From: a virus
Taxonomy: Duplodnaviria; Heunggongvirae; Uroviricota; Caudoviricetes
Virus record (IMG/VR): IMGVR_UViG_2778261418_000020
Span: 1-2,024 of that record
Reading direction: 5' to 3' (one strand)
DNA length: 2,024 nt
This document shows, one piece after another, positions 1-2,024 of the stretch; the first letter of the stretch is position 1; each line of letters opens with the position of its first letter. The translations under genes and the position numbers were made by a program. The notes under the pieces were generated by a model. That model searched no databases, was not told the origin of the DNA, and saw nothing but the letters and a program-made list of their open reading frames with translations.

Positions 1-201
1 TTACCCATTGGCGCGGCTTAAGAGCTTATTTTTGAATTCACAATGGTCACGATATAACCATCTTGCTCGCCCGTGGATAACTTTGGCTTTAGGCAGGTCT
101 CCGGACTTAATCCGGTCATAGATGAAGGTTTTACCGAAGCCAGTATCGGCCATGATGAATTTCAAATCAACCAGGGAATCAGGCTGTAGTTCGTGTTGCA
201 T
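1..201 (-). CDS. AlpA-family small DNA-binding protein, excisionase-like (Xis/AlpA type), 66 aa
   Basis: Complete ORF with ATG at 199-201 and TAA at 1-3. A GGAG lies 9 nt upstream on the minus strand (plus 216-219). The stretch LKFIMADTGFGKTFIYDRIKSGDLPKAKVIHGRARW fits the AlpA/excisionase helix-turn-helix pattern (TG..x.T.Y..I..G.FP....G.R.RW). Size and position at the low-coordinate end of an early operon are typical of xis preceding int. Family call is by eye. Confidence 0.7.
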   Translation of the reverse strand: MQHELQPDSLVDLKFIMADTGFGKTFIYDRIKSGDLPKAKVIHGRARWLYRDHCEFKNKLLSRANG

Positions 202-246
202 GAGTGCTATCTCCGAATAGGGAATCGAACCTGCAAATCAGGCAAG

Positions 247-267
247 AAAAAACCGCCATCAGGCGGC
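247..267 (-). terminator. Rho-independent terminator candidate between the zinc-ribbon gene and the excisionase-like gene
   Basis: Minus-strand RNA reads GCCGCC-UGAU-GGCGGU followed by UUUUUU: a 5 bp all-GC stem (plus 253-257 pairing with 262-266) with an optional closing G-U, a 4-nt loop (258-261) and a 6-U tract (plus A-run 247-252). It sits 65 nt downstream of the stop at 333-335 and about 45 nt upstream of the ATG at 201. Confidence 0.55.
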
Positions 268-332
268 TTGGTGTTCTTTCAGTTCTTCAATTCGAATATT
301 GGTTACATTGTTTTCATATATGAATAAATAAA

Positions 333-512
333 TTAGCTTTTTTCGTTGCCTTCGCGTTCTTTATTAATTTTGACAAAATCGTTTTTACCACGCTCTCCAA
401 ATGCGTCTTTAGAGTCGTTGTATCCGCAATCGCAGCACACATAATCATCAGACCATCCACGCATTGTTTTTTCTTTTGCAATATTTCCAGAACCGCATTT
501 TGGACAAGACAT
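333..512 (-). CDS. Small Cys4 zinc-ribbon protein, 59 aa (MSCPKCGSGN...CCDCGY...), function unknown
   Basis: Two cysteine pairs (CPKCG and CCDCG) spaced about 20 residues apart, typical of a zinc ribbon. ATG at 510-512 is preceded by a consensus Shine-Dalgarno GGAGG (plus 520-524) with a 7-nt spacer. The ORF track begins 11 codons earlier at TTG 543-545, which has no RBS, so the ATG start is preferred. Stop TAA at 333-335. Lysine/glutamate-rich C-terminal tail. Confidence 0.6.
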   Translation of the reverse strand: MSCPKCGSGNIAKEKTMRGWSDDYVCCDCGYNDSKDAFGERGKNDFVKINKEREGNEKS

Positions 513-608
513 ATCACTACCTCCAAAGCATGAGTGAGATGACAACGTAACATTGATTGGAGATTAACAATAGATTGCTGATGTAAAAGATATGTATAAG
601 CTTCGCTT

Positions 609-1016
609 TCAAAGTGGAGGCTCTGGTAGCGGCATCCAGTGTGTGACATTGCTAATCAGGTCATATTCATTAGTTTGAGGATGGTTGCCGCTATCATCTC
701 CATATTTAAGACTCTCCATAAAACCATAATGCTTATTCCCATTAACTCTCACAAAACCGTAATAAGCTGGTATAACGCCGATCTCACACGTAACCAGTAA
801 AGGAAAACTAGTTCTCCAATTTAGCTCGCCAATTACAGGCATTCGCTCACTACAGCTTATCCAACCATCCTGAGTTACCGGAGGGTTGCCAGCCTTGCGC
901 ATGGCAATCTCCACGATTTCAACCATATCTCCTGGCGGAATTTTGCAATGCTGACCAAAGCGCTTCTGCTGTCTGGCATATTCGAGGATGTGCTCCAGCT
1001 TGGTACGATTAATCAT
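609..1016 (-). CDS. DUF551-domain phage protein, 135 aa
   Basis: C-terminal half has the DUF551 signature recalled from lambdoid prophage proteins (GWISCSERMP...VTHWMPLPEPP). ATG at 1014-1016 overlaps the upstream stop (ATGA at 1013-1016). Shine-Dalgarno GGGAG at plus 1024-1028, 7 nt upstream of the ATG. Stop TGA at 609-611. Confidence 0.75.
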   Translation of the reverse strand: MINRTKLEHILEYARQQKRFGQHCKIPPGDMVEIVEIAMRKAGNPPVTQDGWISCSERMPVIGELNWRTSFPLLVTCEIGVIPAYYGFVRVNGNKHYGFMESLKYGDDSGNHPQTNEYDLISNVTHWMPLPEPPL

Positions 1017-1396
1017 GATTTATCTCCCTTAAGCATGGCAGCACGGCAGGCGTTCCAGCCAGCTGTTCGCCCAAGCGCGTAAACTTCAGATGGCTCAAGA
1101 TAATCAATGTCCTGCCCGTCCTCATCGTCGTTCTCAGGTAATGCAGCAGGTACTACCGGTACTGGCGGGGCGGCGTAGACTTCAATAATCCCATTATCAA
1201 TAGGCCATTCTCCATCCTTGAGATAGTCACTTGTGCCGTCAACTTGCTGTTCAGCAATGTGGAATGCACCAACTGGCTCTGCCTCAAGCGATGCCAGTGC
1301 AATTCGTGCCAGTTCCATTTGTTCGCCACGAGTAAGCCCGTTTTCAAGCGGATTTTTAATGAACAATTCAATACGTTCTTTGGTAATAGTGGTCAT
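1013..1396 (-). CDS. Hypothetical phage early protein, 127 aa, with acidic proline-rich linker; possible Ead/Ea22-like C-terminal motif (unverified)
   Basis: Complete ORF with ATG at 1394-1396. Shine-Dalgarno AAGGA at plus 1404-1408 with 7-nt spacer, overlapping the stop codon of the upstream gene. Stop TGA at 1013-1015 overlaps the next gene's ATG. Predicted helical N-terminus (LTRGEQMELARIALASLEA), then AAPPVPVVPAALPENDDEDGQDIDY linker, then GWNACRAAML tail. No family assigned with confidence. Confidence 0.65.
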   Translation of the reverse strand: MTTITKERIELFIKNPLENGLTRGEQMELARIALASLEAEPVGAFHIAEQQVDGTSDYLKDGEWPIDNGIIEVYAAPPVPVVPAALPENDDEDGQDIDYLEPSEVYALGRTAGWNACRAAMLKGDKS

Positions 1397-1406
1397 TTGT
1401 TAGTCC

Positions 1407-2024
1407 TTAAACTGCTAGTTGCAATTGCATTTCAAAGCGGTCGCGTTGTTCACAATACGCAAGAGAACCAGGGCTATTGTGTGCCTCAATCCGTTCTACC
1501 ATTAATGCTGCGCGTGTCTCTTTACTTGCAGGTGCATAAGCCCCAGACCAGGCTTTATCAATACCGATGTTTCGAGCGACGTTCGTACTATCTGCGCTGG
1601 CTAAGGGTAATTTTGTGAATATCAGCGGATTTAACATGCGCAATCCATGTAGTTTCGTAACCGGCTGACCATGCCCATCAACAATGTGACGAATCAGGTC
1701 TTTCATTCTGGCTACCGCAAGAGTTGGGCGCTTTACGTCATAGTCGCCACAACTACCGATAGCCACTCGCGGAAACTCATTGCACAAATGAATAAATCGC
1801 TCGTCACTTTCATTCATGTGCCACACTGGAACGCCAGCTAGTTTTCCGTGAGGCCACTCATTCAGAAGCGCATCATTTTCCTCCTCTCCGCCATCAATAA
1901 CATCCGGGATAATGGCAAAATCGAATCCTGGGTGATTCTTCCAGCGAGCAACAAACTCGTAGTAATCGCTCCAGTCGATTTTGTTTTTGCCAGCTGCTTT
2001 CCAGGCGGTGAATGCACCGTTGTC
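1407..2024 (-). CDS. TGT-fold (queuine/tRNA-guanine transglycosylase-like) protein, candidate phage DpdA-type DNA transglycosylase; partial, 5' end outside window
   Basis: Open minus-strand frame with no stop from 2024 down to TAA at 1407-1409, giving 205 codons in the window. The ORF track starts at an internal GTG (1824-1826), but the frame is open upstream to the window edge, so the true start is beyond 2024. Motifs in TGT order and with roughly TGT spacing: DNGAF (2010-2024) versus TGT DSGGF; FDFAIIPD (1902-1925) versus TGT IVMIFDE; AIGSCGD (1743-1763) in the glycine-rich position; LHGLRMLNP (1626-1652) versus LMGVGKP; SADSTNVARNIG (1563-1598) versus TGT DMFDCVMPTRNARNG, which holds the nucleophile Asp. 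Compared against E. coli Tgt from memory only. Confidence 0.55.
   Translation of the reverse strand, partial: DNGAFTAWKAAGKNKIDWSDYYEFVARWKNHPGFDFAIIPDVIDGGEEENDALLNEWPHGKLAGVPVWHMNESDERFIHLCNEFPRVAIGSCGDYDVKRPTLAVARMKDLIRHIVDGHGQPVTKLHGLRMLNPLIFTKLPLASADSTNVARNIGIDKAWSGAYAPASKETRAALMVERIEAHNSPGSLAYCEQRDRFEMQLQLAV

Noticed and set aside
222-232. tRNA T-arm-like 11-mer (minus strand GGTTCGATTCC), suggesting a tRNA gene or att-site remnant
   Set aside because: The flanks do not form a T-stem (only 2 of 5 possible base pairs), and no acceptor stem or CCA context is present, so no tRNA gene can be supported. It may be a coincidental match or a highly degraded remnant. A tRNAscan or BLASTN check would settle it.
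553-600. Plus-strand promoter-like hexamers (TTGCTG at 575-580, TATAAG at 595-600)
   Set aside because: Spacer is only 14 nt. A plus-strand promoter here would drive transcription antisense to every gene in the window, with no plus-strand ORF to serve.
314-649. 111-aa minus-strand ORF from the track, overlapping the zinc-ribbon gene in another frame
   Set aside because: No ribosome-binding site. It overlaps both the zinc-ribbon ORF (which has a consensus GGAGG) and the 3' end of the DUF551 gene. The translation is low-complexity and lysine-rich with no recognisable motif. Most likely a frame artefact of the AT-rich region.
1011-1020. 10-bp palindrome AATCATGATT at a gene junction
   Set aside because: It is a by-product of the ATGA stop/start overlap between the 127-aa and DUF551 genes, not an independent element.
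1153-1371. 72-aa minus-strand ORF from the track
   Set aside because: Lies wholly inside the 127-aa gene in a different frame, with no independent start signals. The 127-aa frame has the Shine-Dalgarno and the coupled stop/start architecture.
1430-1439. Perfect 10-bp palindrome TGCAATTGCA
   Set aside because: About two 10-bp perfect palindromes are expected by chance in 2 kb. It lies inside the last codons of the TGT-like gene (MQLQLAV) and has no flanking operator-like repeats.
1244-1618. 124-aa plus-strand ORF from the track
   Set aside because: Entirely antisense to two well-supported minus-strand genes (the 127-aa gene and the TGT-like gene). Cysteine- and leucine-rich translation typical of a reverse-frame artefact. 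No RBS noticed.
1-2024. CRISPR arrays, IS elements, rRNA or long direct repeats
   Set aside because: No repeated spacer-repeat periodicity, no terminal inverted repeats flanking a transposase-like ORF, and no rRNA-like conserved stretches were found by reading both strands.

Overview
All credible coding capacity is on the minus strand, as a tightly packed co-directional run of five genes that reads like the integrase/excisionase-proximal accessory region of a temperate enterobacterial (lambdoid-type) prophage. From high to low coordinates: (i) the 3' part (205 codons) of a gene whose product carries the core motifs of the tRNA-guanine transglycosylase (TGT) fold, so a phage DpdA-like 7-deazaguanine DNA transglycosylase candidate, with its 5' end beyond position 2024; (ii) a 127-aa protein of unknown function with an acidic, proline-rich linker; (iii) a DUF551-type protein whose start overlaps the preceding stop (ATGA); (iv) a 59-aa Cys4 zinc-ribbon protein; (v) an intrinsic terminator; (vi) an AlpA-family excisionase-like gene whose stop codon is window positions 1-3. 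No rRNA, tRNA, CRISPR array or IS element is supported. The most interesting reading is a possible DNA-hypermodification (anti-restriction) module carried by a temperate phage, co-transcribed with three small uncharacterised proteins. All family assignments come from motif recognition by eye, not from database searches, and need HMM or structure confirmation.
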